From Azolla caroliniana (taxonomy: Eukaryota; Plantae; Polypodiophyta), in NCBI GenBank assembly GCA_043228905.1, contig JBHGNT010000005.1, positions 18,600,001 to 18,664,000 of the forward strand: 64,000 nt of DNA. The letters run 5' to 3'. Position 1 is the first letter of the stretch. Every line of letters begins with the position of its first letter. The position numbers were made by a program, and so were the translations under genes. The notes under the pieces were generated by a model. The model ran no database searches. It saw only the letters and a program-made list of their open reading frames with translations, and was not told where the DNA came from. Positions 1 through 14,500 of this stretch are shown here, one piece after another.

Positions 1-1897
1 ACCATGGCATGATGCTTTGATGAGTACACAGAGACCTCAAGATTGGACACAAGGAAACTATAATGGAACTCTCACATATAATTGACCATGAGTAGAAACA
101 TGTGTAACGACACCCTTAGAAGCCAATGATGTTAGTCTCACATTCCTCGATGAGAGTAAAACTTTTGCATGGCTAATGGGTCGATATGACACCCCAAGGG
201 CATGATAATTGATCAATGCTTCACAATATACCATGTTGAGTATCCCCTTACATTTGTAATGCTAGATTGGTCAACCAAGTGGTGGATGATCGCCTATTAG
301 GACAACCTTTCTTTTGCATTAGCCGACTTGTGATAGACTTCAAGAATGATATCCTTTATGTGAGACGAGAGGAGAAGACTCCACATGTGATGGAATTTGG
401 GAAATGAGCTATGATTCCATCATGACGTGGGTGTATATTTTGCAAACGTAGATAGAATGCACCCAATTAGAAGCCAATATTGTGATGAGGATTATTGAAT
501 CCTTGATTGCTTTATGGCAGCCATGTCTTGTGTCAAATGTGAATCTTTAGATGATGGTACATCAAAACCAACATTGGGATATTAGTGTCACCATTGTCTT
601 GTATGAGCATTGGTTATGTCTAAGTTCACCACCTTTAGTAGAATGCAAAGATTAGTTCTTTGGCCTTGATGCGACCATTATATATTGTATATGGTTGCTT
701 GTTTATATTATGACTATTCACACTAGTACGGTTTATGTTGAAGCTCTAATCATGCATGCATGGACCTTTTTAGAGATCATGTAGCCTCAGAGAATATTTC
801 TATGAATCAAGCTAGGGCAAAACATAGTGAAACACTCAATTAAAATATTTATAACCATGAATGATCTTCAACCAAGACTCTTAGTCAGGGTCTTAACCTT
901 AGGCCTAACATTGTAATGGGGCATAAAGGTAATATCTAGAAATCTTTACCTCTTAAGTGTGGAAGGGAAGTACAAGTAGTATTGTTAAGGAGGAATTATA
1001 ATGGTGAAAGGAACATAATGTAATATTCCTACACAAACCTTGTCAAAATCGTGTATTATCAAAGAGAATTGGCATGAATCAAATAAATGTATCACGAAGT
1101 TGAATGCTCAATTAGTATACTTCCAACCATAACTTGTCTTTAGCCATAACCCTTGGTCCGGGCCATAATCTTGGGCCTAACATTGTAATTGGTATAAAAG
1201 GGATATCTCTAAACCTTTAGACCCTCTTAAGTGTGGATGGGACATGGATGTAGTATGGTTAAATAAGAACAAAGCATAAAGGTAAAATGGGTTCTCTAGA
1301 GCTAAAACTTAAAATAACGGTTGTATTACCACATGTGAACTACGGTTCGCACTACTTTTCATACATGTATAAAGGTTGGCTGATACAAAAACAAAATAAC
1401 TAGGTACGTTTTAATCTCTTGGCATTGTGTTAATCTCTCATCAAGATTGTTTCTAAGCATTATAAGACTTAATGAGACCTTTAAAGGTTTAGTTTCATGT
1501 TCAGTTGACCAACAAGTTGAGTGTTAATTCTTACCACTAACAAAATCCTTAAAAAATCACCTTTAAAGTTTCAAACTGAAGATGCCATTTTCCCGATGTA
1601 GGATTAGAAAAAAACATCCAAATATCAAGTTTATCTATTGGTTAATACTTTTCACAAAGATTAGATAGTGCAATAGCTTTTGGTACGTTTATTGAATAGC
1701 ATATTAGCATCGGTTGAATTTATTGTTTTTTATCACTGGTTGGCTCTCTAATAGCACGACACAAAATCTATGGTAGATTGATGACCCTTACTATGTGCGC
1801 GGTATCTTACACTCACCGACTATATATTCTTAGAGGTTACATAGACTAGACGGTCATTTGATGATATTCGACATTCAACCTACACGAATGGATATGT

Positions 1898-4800
1898 CTA
1901 AGCATCTTTATAAAGCTTGGGCTCTTCCAAAAAGGTCCCCCTACTTGTTTCATTCTTGCTAAGGATTGCTTGGTGCCAAAAGGCTGATAATCTTGGGTAT
2001 CTGTTCATGCTCTCATCTAGATAAAAGAGCCCAAATCGAACTTCGAGCCCAAGGAAGAACTCAAAGCCATCGATAAGCGACCAAGCAAAGACGCCTCGGA
2101 CGTCTCCTCCATCTCTGCGAAACATAGCAAATTGTTTTTTTAAAGACTTGCATGAGTGGCATTGTTAATTCAGAAGTGCTTGTTAATTCGGAAGAAACTT
2201 CAGATTGTCAAGAACTCTGCACCTTATGGTTTTGCTAATTGTTGAGTAGTAGGCGTGGAAATATTGGATTCGATCCGTGTCGTTCCTTGCCTCGTCAAAA
2301 CTGGATGTTGTGGAAATTCCCCACCCTACATAAATCTCTTCTCATTCTCTCCCTCCCTCATTCTCTCTCTCTCTCTCTCTCAGATAAGAATCATGGTTGT
2401 CACTTTGGGGTGATTGTCATTTAGTCTTTTGGAGACATTAATAGTACATGTCATTTCTCTCAAAACAAAAGAAGGCATATAACAAGGACAATGAATCGAT
2501 ACCAGTCTCAGTGATGTATATCGGTGGATTATTATACTTAATTTTCATATACTCAACAATCTTCTCTAGACACCATGGTACCGAGTATTCGATGTCACCC
2601 TGCAAGCACCATTGACAAGTGAGTATGATATGCACATACACCGACAATCCAATTTTTACGCGGCAAACTAATGGTTTTACCTCTCCGATTGCCACATCAT
2701 CTCTATATGCTGAAAAAGAGAAGCATCGGGGAAAATTCGTTAATGCAAAGCATGTCAGGAGAAACATAGAATAATTAACTAGCCAAACCTAAATGTTACA
2801 AGCATTTGTGTAACTATACCTTAATGAAGTCAATTAGGCCAAATAAGCCCATAAGCTTCCATACGGTATTATTATATGATATGCAAAAGCATTAAAGCTA
2901 TCGATATTAATATTATGCAGACGATCTCATGACATCTATTAATGTCAATGGTTTACTTGACCTAGGCTTCAAATGTGACCTCCATGGTATGCAAATCAAC
3001 CACTATAACTAATCCCATATTTATCATGACCAAGCTGCAATGTAGAGCTATGGTTGGATATTGAATTTACAAACAGATTGTACAACATCGTTCGCACCTG
3101 TCAAGGAAAATGCCATAACATCTAACTTCCCAATAATCTTACAACTTCGACAGTTGGATGGTGAATGCATACTACTTTTCAAAATTGATCTATTTTGTGA
3201 ATTTACTGCTACCATTTTCACTTGATCTTACAACATCATCTGCACCTGACATGGCAATGCGCATATCCTCGAAGTAGCCATAATCAGTTTCCTGAAGATC
3301 GGTTGCATTGTACACGTAAGTTGCCGTCACAGCATTGATACCTACAAAGTCTAATGATTGACGGAGATATGTTGCTTGCTCATCGGTAAAATCAGGCAAC
3401 CGAGGCCCCAGCATTGTGACCATGGTCTCTGGATATTTCCCAAAAATAAGTGGATCCATGAACCTAATGTCAAAGCACAAGACAAATATGTGTGTCTATT
3501 ATATATCTACGATGAAGTCCAAACAATAAAACACTACTTCAAACTTCTAAGTTGAATTGCTCACCATCCAAAGAAGAAATCTTGTGCTCGATGGGAGGCA
3601 AGTATGTCATCGGTATTTGAGACATTCTGAGGCTCATACCACTTGAACCATAATGCAATGCCAATGTAGCCTCCTTGATCAACCTAATGCCATTACAGAA
3701 CCACCAAATGTTCTATAGATAATCATTTGCAGAGGTATATAGCTCTCCCAATCTCACTGAATTCACTCGTTACTATTACACGCGCATTAAATACATTACT
3801 CAGTAAAGACTTATGAAGTTCTATATCTTATATCAAGAGTACGAACAATCGCAAAATGAAACGTGCAATTAAAGCTTGTAAACAGACCCATGAAAAGTGA
3901 CATTGTGAGATGCTTGCATATAAACTCACCTCAAAAGTTTTATCAAATTCATTGGAAATTGTCTGATAAAGCTACGTGCCAATCTTATAAAATGTTTTTG
4001 TTGCAACCGATGAATCAAACTAAATATTAGTAAAGACAACAGTAGAGATATGACTTTCCACAACTCATTATGAGAGACCACCATATTTGATCCAATGTTC
4101 CATACCATGGATGTTAAACAAAAAGCTTGGCATCTCAGGTTTGGTAGTGGCATCTCAAAGGAAGATTCATAACATTGTTTCTATAAGAGAGCTACAACGA
4201 GCTGTAGATGCTGTTAATAAGAAGAACTAACAAGGAAAAGGATGCATAATAGTGTAGCCAGCCCTTTATATACCAAGTCATCTTAGATCTATTCCCACAC
4301 CATAGACACCCATGACCAAGCAATCATCCACAAGCTAATGGGCCTATATATATATATATATATATATATAACTGACTCTGCTGATCCAAAGTTATGTGTA
4401 CACTCATGACATTCTGCCATGAAAAACTAATCATTTTAAAGAATAATGCTAGATTCATATTTACCTGATATTGAGTTTTATACAGCCTAGCAGCAGCCGC
4501 ATGTGCAAGCAAAACATGATGGCCAACCAAGTAAGGTTCAGTCGAGGAATTTCCTTGTGTACAATTCCCATGCTTAACCAAACCTGGTGTGCATCGTCCC
4601 GGAGGACTTTGTGAGGAGGCATATGCTAAGCTTGCCCAATCATTGGGTTCATCGAAAGTAATCCAGTACTTAACCCTATCCCCAAACTCCGTAAAACAGA
4701 CATTTGCATAGGCAACAAAATCATCTCTGGATACAGAAACAAAAACATCCTTTTAAACATTCAGCTTTAATATGCAGCCTTATTGACTAGTATCATACTA

Positions 4801-6485
4801 ATCGTCTCAAATTACTTACATGAAGAGAGGGCTCAATAAACCACCATATGCATCCTCCAATGCCTGGGGATGATCCTCGGACCAAAGTGTGACATGTGGT
4901 TCTATATCTGAAACGTTAAATCATCCAAAAATAAAGGTTGGAAAGGAATGCACTTGAGATTTCTGGCTTTAAGCATGTACTTGTTGCCAATGAAATCAAG
5001 GATATACCATTTTCTAATAGTAAGTCGATCACGTTGTTGTAATGGGCTATGGCATCAGCATTAGGGGACTCTGAGCCATCTGCATTGATGGAAAACGTAA
5101 AATTAAGGCATATACTGTGCCAAAAGTGCAGTAATTTTTCAGGTTTGTGTGTTTACTTGGAAATATCCGGGTCCATGCAATTGAAAACCGAAAAGCATCC
5201 ATTCCCATTTTGATCACTGCATCAATGTCCTCCTATAGGTAGAAACAAAACATGTTCTAATGAAAATACAGAGACTTGGAAGATTGGATTGACTTGTATG
5301 TAAATTCTTTCTGTAGAAAATGTAGTAGTACCGCATAGCGAATATATTCATCTGCGATATTTCCAGGAACGGTATCATCCATAACTACATCTGTCAATCA
5401 CATATTATCAAAAGTTAGTTGGTGAGATTTTACAAGTACCATAACAATAAGAAATATCCAAATGATGGTTCTGGCAATGGTTAGCATTACTTGAATGATA
5501 ATTGCAAGTATCTTCTAGTATGATGGTTTTCTAATATGGTACTGAGCAATTTCTGGCCTAACTTCATGAGCAAATATGATATAACTCATACCATCTTCCC
5601 GAGCATAGAAATCCCAAATGCTGTCTATTTTTCCATCAGAAGATCCTGCTCCCTCATGCTATAAAGTAGGAGAACAAAAATAATAATAACATAATTCAGC
5701 AAAAAGTGCATATATCTTCTCCATACTAAATCCTGAATCTGTATAATGCTAAATCAGAGTATCCACAAAATAAAATACACTTCGAGTCCAGGAATGTATA
5801 GGCAAAACCATGACCAGAACCATTGGTTCACATAATTGGACATTGTGCTCAGATGAAAAGCTGATGCCGGGAAGCTAACAAGTGTGACACCTGATTCTGC
5901 TGTGCATGTACTATTCATGTGAATATATTGAAGTGTATAATGTGGTATGTATGTGTAGCATGTAAATGTGCTGTTCTGTGGCTACTGTGTTGTGCCATGT
6001 GATTATGTGTGAGTGATGCCTCAAAGGCACAATCTGTGCAATGTGGTGAGTATATTGAAGCTACAATGTTGTGAAATGTGGCTATAACTTAAGTATGTGT
6101 AACACTGCATGCATCTTTCATATGAGATTAGTATCTATGTGGAGATATCGATGTTATTTATGCTTATGCCAACTTTGTGCCTATTGCATTGGCAACATAA
6201 CATGGTTATGCATATTCCAGAGTATATCAATGTGTCTTGATGCTACTATACGCACAATGTGATTACAATTCATGTGTGTGTGTGTGTGTGTTGCTTGAGG
6301 CCACTATGTGTACAATTGGCTATGACCTATGTGTTTGTTTGTATATGCATGTTTGTGTTGTAGCTAATGTAGAGTGATACATCAGAGAATAATTGCATGA
6401 ATGTATATGTCTGATGCAACCATGTGCTGTGTAATGTATGTACATACGTAGGCATGACTGCTGAAATGTATGCACATAAACACGC

Positions 6486-6542
<57 letters not shown>

Positions 6543-6940
6543 TGTTATGTGCATGTGTATGGTACTATGTAGTATACATGTCCATCTGTATGCTTGTTTC
6601 ACCTTGTCACAGTGAGAGAGATCTGAAGATGAAAAAAAGGAGGGAATGTATGTATGGTATGGTATGGTATGATTGATGGCAGAAGTTAACTTACCTTCAC
6701 TGCCATGGTGAGAGCTCCAAAGATGAAACCCGGGGGGAAGGAGCTGCGGTCGATGTATGTATTATTGGGGAAGTAGTCGAAGGGGAGAAGGTAATCAGTG
6801 TCCAAGCTGAGGGGCAAAGCGTGGACATTATTAGGAGGGTAGCCAATGAGCCCAAGAACAGAGAGGAGGAGCAGGATGAGGATGAGGAGGAAGTGGGGAG
6901 AGCTATGGTGATGAAGAGGGATGGGGAGGAAGGTTGCCAT
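1898..6940 (-). CDS. Glycoside hydrolase family 1 (beta-glucosidase-like) gene, 13 exons, 550 aa, probable N-terminal signal peptide
   Basis: Manually spliced GT-AG exons: 6940-6695, 5658-5592, 5390-5332, 5232-5157, 5079-5008, 4907-4820, 4726-4465, 3683-3565, 3463-3246, 2709-2681, 2599-2503, 2325-2223, 2114-1898 (1653 nt, open frame). GH1 motifs: [37 protein letters not shown] (acid/base Glu), IYITETG (nucleophile Glu), [12 protein letters not shown]. Hydrophobic N-terminus [17 protein letters not shown]. The 13-exon layout is typical of plant BGLU genes. Confidence 0.93.
4345..4370. repeat. (TA)n microsatellite, GH1 intron 7
   Basis: Direct reading of the TA run. Confidence 0.9.
6485..6540. 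repeat. (TACA)n/(TA)n microsatellite, GH1 intron 1
   Basis: Direct reading. Confidence 0.9.
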
Positions 6941-7029
6941 AAGCCCAAGAAGGGAGGTAGGCAAGAAGGGAGGTAGGTAATTGGGCTGAATTAAGGTTGG
7001 TTAGTAAATAGCAATTGTATGCATGTAGA

Positions 7030-7133
7030 GGAGGAAGAAGAAGAAGAAGAAGAAGAAGAAGAAGAAACAGAGGAGAGGGAGGGGGGGAAAGGACTGTAAG
7101 GGAAAACCTTAAAATGCCCTCCCTTTTTCTAGT

Positions 7134-7184
<51 letters not shown>

Positions 7185-7564
7185 TGAGGGAGAGAGAGTG
7201 TGTGAGAGTGAGTGTGAGAGAGAGAGTGAGAGTGTGAGAGAATGAGAGGTGTGCGTCACGCCTTGCACGAGCTCCATGGCCGCATACAAAGCGTGGGTAT
7301 ATATATATATATGTATATATACATGTATACATATACGTATGTATGTATGTATGTATGTATGTATGTATGTATGTATGTATATGTAATGTATGGTATATGT
7401 AATGTATGCACTGTGCAGTAGAGAGAGAACGGCAGAGCAATTCATTCCATGTCTATCTATCTCTCGAATCGCCCAAGCTTTTGCTTTTGCTTTTGCAGTG
7501 TATCTCTATCAAGAACCTCGTTGGTCTGAGCGATTGACATTCTTTCTCCCCCAATTCTCATATT

Positions 7565-7635
<71 letters not shown>
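7030..7635. repeat. Microsatellite cluster upstream of the GH1 start: (AGA)n, (AG)n, (TA)n, (TATG)n, (CT)n
   Basis: Runs at ~7034-7065, 7139-7178, 7298-7312, 7338-7382 and 7570-7632. Confidence 0.9.
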
Positions 7636-7637
<2 letters not shown>

Positions 7638-10600
7638 CTGTTTTTCGTAAATAATGGCTTTCCTTGCTATATAAAAAGGAACAAAAAGAAAGACCACCTT
7701 TTTCGTAAATAATGGCTCCCCTTACTAAAAAGGGGGCGGGGGGGGGAAACACCACCATGACCATGACTAACTTTACTACACAAAGTACATGTAGAAGAAC
7801 CCTTTGTAAGGATCTCAATACTACAAACTCAATGCCGCCACCCCCAACACACACACACCCATTCAAATGGCCGAATATGATTGATATCTCACCTTGCAAG
7901 AATTCTCCCTCTTCATCCTTGAGATTTCGTGATTTCTTTCGCATTGTCCATTGCCACGAAAAGAAGTCCTTTTTAACCTTTTTAGCATATATTTCTCACC
8001 CCAACCTGCGAATCAAAAGTGAAGGCATTCCACGTGTTCCCAATTCAACCATCGCCCCTGATACCCCAAGAACTCAGAAATCGTTTGGAAATGAGGCATC
8101 AGGTCATTGTTCTCTGCTCTGTTCCTCTCTCTTTCTTTCACTTTCTCTGCTCTGTTTTTCTCTCTATGTGTGACTCCACTAACTATGGGGGGTTGGGCCA
8201 CCCCTAACTAAGTATATTGTTGGGGGAGGGCAACTAGCATGTATGTATGTAGGGGGACAACTAACTAGCCTTTTCTTCTTGTCCACCCATTGTGACATAG
8301 CTTTGTGCATTTCCCGACCGACGAGGGCTTGTCGGCCAATCAACCTCCCCCTCCCCCCCCAACACGAACGGTGTACTCTTCATGCTCACACATTGCATGC
8401 CTCTGCCCATATATCCTCATTGATTTCCGGTCTAGTTCCAAATATAGACCAACCCCCTCCCCAAGTTTCCCCATATGGTTCTTATCCTAAGTTCTGGGTT
8501 CTTTGATAACCACCCCTTGCTATCCCCCCCTCCCCAATCTCCGTCGTTGGAGAATCAATGTTAGCTAGCATTTTCCTCGTGCAATGAATTGTACCATGGT
8601 CCTCATGGCAACTCCGCAACCCCCTTTAGGGCCACACAAGGCATTTGTCAAGTAGTCACAATGAAACTGAATAGTAATCTCTCCTCCTCCACTCCCCTCA
8701 AAAAAGATGTGTTTGGGGATTGTTTAGGTTACGTCAATCAATCAATTTGGACTTTGAGATCGAATACAAATACTTGAACAAACATTTACCATATTGATCT
8801 TACAAATCAACCATTTGCAATTCCAAGTGCAAACTTGTATAAAAGACAAATCATTTACTCTTGAGTTGTAAAAATAATAGCATGGACCCATTCCATTAGA
8901 TTGAAAGCAAAATCGAACACAAATTCCCACTTGGATTCTTTGAGTGAGAGAGGTTGAAATGTCACAATATATGAACATAAATATTCATGTTGTGGATGAG
9001 CGATGGTAATTATTATATGCATATTAATGAAGTATTGACATTGCAAGGCTACATGTGATAGTGTGTGTGTTGCCAAACAATCATTCAAGTTATTTTAACA
9101 ATATATGAACACATTCATATGAATTTAGATGCAATTGTTTTCGAGATGAGGAAAGTAAGATTGAAATGTGTCAATATGCCCATACCTTTGGTGTTCATGG
9201 AGAAAGGGCATATGCTAGCATGGTGAGGGTAAATTTAACATACAAATACTTTATTTGGAAGAGAATGGTGTATGGTATGTATAGTTAAATGAATTATAAG
9301 AGTGTTAGTAGGATTCATGATTGTATAAATTCGTTCGACTTTTGGTAAAATGGATTCATAGAATACATAAAATCATAAAAATAAAGTCCACACACACATA
9401 CATATAATCTCTATCTTCATAAAAGCACAATTATCCTTCTACAGAAGAACTGCCTTTTGTGCAAATGATTATGAAGTGGGGACTTTAGATCATGTGTCTT
9501 TCACTCTCTGCCATGTTTTTCTTTTTTAGACATGCTTTTCTCGTGGTCACATTTATACATGTACATAATATAATAAGTGGTGCGGTTATACACATTCTCA
9601 TGTAATAAATTGTTAGTTTATATGGCTTTAATATAGAAGGAAATATGATAGTTAGCTAGCTATATCCCATATCGAGGCATTACAAAGCAAACACAACATG
9701 CAATAGAGAGTGTACTTAGTCACATTCTACTGGAATGCCCCTCGAGAGAATATGGAATACTTTATTTTAAGCTCTAAAACCTTTTTTTTTTGTCAAACTA
9801 ACCCAATTTCTCCGTTCCCAAATTAATTGTCCCATAATTTAAATTTCTCAAATACCCCCCACTTTTTTGAAATTTTGAAACAATCCCTCTTTTATACATT
9901 TTCTTTACAACAATTTCTCCCACTTTTTCTCTCGATATTCAAGAGAAAGAGATTTTTTGCAAAGAAATAAAATACAATTTGAGATTTGCATCCTTTGTGT
10001 TCAAGGCACGTGATTACGTTGTTGTTCTAGACCACACGAGAATATGACCAAACCAAATTCAACTACCAACAATCCAATAAATACCCCCCCCCCCCCCCCC
10101 CCCAACCTTATGCCCTATCTTTTACCTTAGGTTTCCACGATTTGGCCCTTTGGACCTTTTTGTGCAAATATACGATTCTTATGTTCTATAGAAATGTTAG
10201 TATTTTCTACTTTAGTTTACTAACTTTCAGTTTGACACCCCAAAATTTCAACGTTTGGGTTATCTATATTACTCATTTTTTGGTTGAATGGAGCACGACA
10301 TTGGTTGCTATGTTATTTGTTGAATAGAACATATGAGTCAATGCTTTTGTTGTTTAATGCATTCTCAACTAAAGCCACAATACTAGTGATTTGTTTTGTT
10401 GAATGAAGCATATTGACAAAAGTTTTTTATTGATTGGAGGATATAATTTTTATGTATTGTTGAGTGAAGCATATTGATGGGTTTTTAATGTAAATCATTT
10501 ACATGGTATGTGATGGGTATTGCATATTGAGAGGGGCACACACATTTGCTTAAAGAACTTAGCATGTGTATGTGCAACAAAAGTAAACATCAAATGGGTA

Positions 10601-10815
10601 AAAAAACAATTGCTTTCATGAACCATATTTATTATGGAAATATAGAGAATACAACAATGATCATTTGGCAAAACATTGAGAAATTTAAATGATGATGATG
10701 ATTTGGTACATATATTGTATTCAAGTTATTTTCAAAATTAACATTGGTATTTGTTCAATACATATGTTGCCTTTTGACGGCTAACATTGCCTGTCATGAG
10801 AACGGTATTCCAAAA

Positions 10816-11490
10816 TTTTTGCTCGTCAAATGATGGTTTGTCAAAAAAATTGCCCTTTAAAAAATAAATACATCGAATATTCGTACTAAACAATATATTA
10901 TACCCTTCTATCCTTTGCATCTTTCCAATTTTCATATACACGATCCCATTGTATTTCTTAAATGTGTGGCCCATTCAATAAGACTCACATTAAATTATCT
11001 AAATGTTCTATATTCAATCAATTTCGTTTCATCTCTTTGATGAGATTTTGCTGAGAGAATCCTCTCTCACACGAAACTGTGCTAGATGGAATAACCAAAG
11101 TAGCATGCCATAATTTCATCAAATGAGGGAAACTATCTTGCCAATCCTTCATTTTTGCTCATCAAATGACAGTTTGTCAAAAAAATTGCCCTTTAAAAAA
11201 TAAATACATCGAATATTCGTACTAAACAATATATTATACCCTTCTATCCTTTGCATCTTTCCAATTTTCATATACACGATCCCATTGTATTTCTTCAATG
11301 TGTGGCCCATTCAATAAGACTCACATTAAATCATCTAAATGTTCTATATTCAATCGATTTCTTTTCATCTCTTTGATGAGATTTTGCTTAGAGAACCCTC
11401 TCTCACACGAAACTGTGTAGATGGAATAACCAAAGTAGCATGCCATAATTTCATCAAATGAGGGAAACTATCTTGCCAATCCTTCATTTT
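10816..11490. repeat. Tandem duplication, 2 x ~336 bp, highly similar copies
   Basis: TTTTTGCTC(G/A)TCAAATGA...CCAATCCTTCATTTT starts at 10816 and again at 11152. Confidence 0.9.
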
Positions 11491-11569
11491 GCAAAACATA
11501 TGCTAAGCTTCACGCATAATGGAGGCTTAAACATAGATCGGGGAATCTCCCTCCGATCAAGTTCAAGAA

Positions 11570-14500
11570 AATGAGACTAGTTACATCGCATTTCGGACTG
11601 ACTACTTAATGTAAGTACCTACAGCTAAAACGGTGCCCTTCAGTGATGGCTAGTACGAGACAACTCTTGGGGTTGGCATCGAAGGGAGGGTGGTAAGTGA
11701 GCCGGAAACAGCCAGCGTGGGGGCTGGTAGTTCCACCTCGGACCACTTCCTCCTTGTGTCACCATGGGCGTGTTCCGCCATTTCTACCAAAAGCGCAAAC
11801 GGGTAGTACCCACGTTAGTGGAATGGCTGCAAACCTCGTCCAATTGCCCTCGTAGGTAGCTAATAAGTGCAAACCATATGTCCATGATCACTTCCTCCAG
11901 GGGCCGCACCAGATCTTGGAAGACCTTTAGGCAACGCGCTTTCCATACATACCACAGGGTGAAGCCTACGATCAACATCCAAATGTCCGGGAACCTAGGG
12001 GATGCGGACTACAAGCCTCTCTCAAATAGAATCTTGGTGATTTTGCCTCTCATGCATACGTAGCACCAACTATCTGCATTGAAGGCATCCATCCACCTAT
12101 CAATGGAGTGGTCAAGCCATGCCGCAACACTCCACGATGCTGTTCCTTTCACTTCACATGCCACAAGGAGGCGAGCCACTCTATCCCATACCTTTTGAGC
12201 GTGAGGGCAAACCCACAGACAATGCCTCAGAGTCTCAATAGGTGAATGGCAAAGCGTTAGGCCGCCACGTTTACCTAGCCATTCGCCAACAGGAACCACA
12301 TTATGACTGATTTGCCACCAAAAAAACTTTATCTTTTCTGGCAAGTGGAGATGCTAGAGACCCTTCCAAAAGGTAATGAGCACCTCATCAAGGATGCCCA
12401 ATGTACGCTAACCATTGCGTAAGGGGTCATCTAGCTGTAGTTGAAAAGTTCGACCTAGTTTAGTGTTGTACTCGAAGAAATGGCGAAATCTGCCATCATG
12501 TTTCCACCTGAAATCCCTTGGGTCCTATTCTAGTTCGACGAGGGGACGACAACCATATACCCATAACTTCCAATGGGGTTCCACCTTAGCAACATCCGGG
12601 TCTGTCTTCCAGATGTTGCCAACCTGCGCCACCACGCGGATTGGGTGCCAAGAGCCCCTACTTTGACTCTCCCCAAAAATCCTATCTCTTCCCGATCCGC
12701 TCACGCCCTTCAACGCCTTAACCCTTCCAGCCGCATCAAAGAGACCGAACCAAGCATCTTCTCTCACCTCCCCCCATCGGAACCCTATCAACTGCCTCAA
12801 CTATCAATCTCCGCATTTTCATGGCTCCCTTGAGGGGAGGGAATGGGACCTCCTAGGCTCCTCCTAAAGCCACCGTGCATCTCCAATCATCTAAAGAGTG
12901 AAGCCCTGTTTGCGCCAGCTTTCCCCATGCTAGGCCCTTAAGCTGGCCTAACATCATGTCGTCACTTGTTCGCACCTGAGGGTTCCAAAATAATGGTTGT
13001 CTAGACCACTCGATTAGTGTCTCCGGCGTGTGCTTGACCAAATGATGTTGTACGTGACACCATGCCCGCAAGATGGAGTTCGTGACCCTCTCCTCCGGAA
13101 GACAAGCCATCTTGGGTGGGACTCCGCTCGTGCAACACCAATTCAAGGAGTTGGGCCAAGGCCTACCATACTTGGGAGTCCTTGCTTGCAACCTATTGCG
13201 AAGTAGAACCTTCCAACACCCCTTACCTGGCAGGAGGCAACGAACCACCATTTTGGCTAGCAATGCTCGACTTTGCATTAAGGGGTCTATGAGGCCAAAC
13301 CCCCCTTTGGCCCGCGGTTGTGTTAACCATGCCATGACACTTTGGCAGAAGCCATCGGGTTGTCCTTACATGACCATATAAACCCCCTGATGGTAGCCTT
13401 AATCGCGTGCAAGCCTGAAGGGTCCATAATCCAGCACGAGACTGAGTGCCACATGATGGTGAGCATCACTTGGTTCGCAATAAGAACCCTACCAGCGAAG
13501 GATAGTTTAGACCTGCTCCATTGGTTCAACTTCTTGCTTAGTTTGCCTTGCACATGGGACAATTGCGCTCCCTTGGGGATTGCCCTCCCCATTGTAAATC
13601 TGAGGTACTTGAATGTCGTCCCATTAGGGACCCATGCAAAATCAACATGGGGATGCCACCTTGGTTTCTCTTGTTCGATGAACCAGAGGCCTTGGGTTTT
13701 ATCCCAATTGATCTTGGCACCAACAGCCTGACAAAAGTCTTCAACAAGATGTTCAACTCACTGCAAATGTGCATCATCGCCCTGCAAGAAAAGGACCGTA
13801 TCGTCGGCATATTCAGATAATAGAAGATCCTCAGTCGCATTGGGGATGGGCAATCCCCTCAGCCGCTGCTTGGTGCTTGTAAGTAGGCTGAGAAAGCCTC
13901 AATTACAAATAGATAGAGATATGGGGCTAGGGGACAACCTTGCCTCACTGAGCGATGTAGTTGGAAGGCGGGGTCCCTAGCACCAGATACCAACACGCTA
14001 TTGGTAGCAGTCCGATAGAGTGCAAAAGTGCAATTCCCTCTCCATTGAGGGGGAAGGCCCATAACTCTCATCACTCTTTCCAAAAAGGGCCATAACACCC
14101 TATCGTAGGCCTTCTCAAAGTCTAACATCAGAATAGTCGAGCTCGATGCGGTGTGATCTGCCAATGCCATAACTTCCCAGAGAAGTAGCACATTATCAAA
14201 GATACACCTACCCCAGATAAACCCTGTTTGATTCTCATGTATGATGTCCGGTAGGAAGCTTGCTATCCGCCTAGCTAGGCCTTTTGCGAGTATCTTGTAT
14301 ATCGTGTTAAGGATCGTGATTGGACGCCATTGGCGTAGCTCGAGGCTTCGCCCTACCGCTTTAGGGATGAGATAGATCATCCCCTCCGCCAGGCCAGTTG
14401 GCATCGCTCTTGAGGACCAAATCTCCTCAATCCTGGCTTCCATTAACGGGATAACGGTTTCCCAATGAATCTCAAAAAAATCTCGTGAGAGATCATCAGG

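Noticed and set aside
1-700. Possible highly decayed retroelement coding remnant
   Set aside because: No ORF or motif that I can identify with confidence.
6071-8207. Many short ORFs rich in YI, SL or ER repeats
   Set aside because: Translations of microsatellites in intron 1 and the upstream region; not genes.
10084-10104. Poly-C run (G-quadruplex potential on the minus strand)
   Set aside because: Isolated homopolymer with no supporting context.
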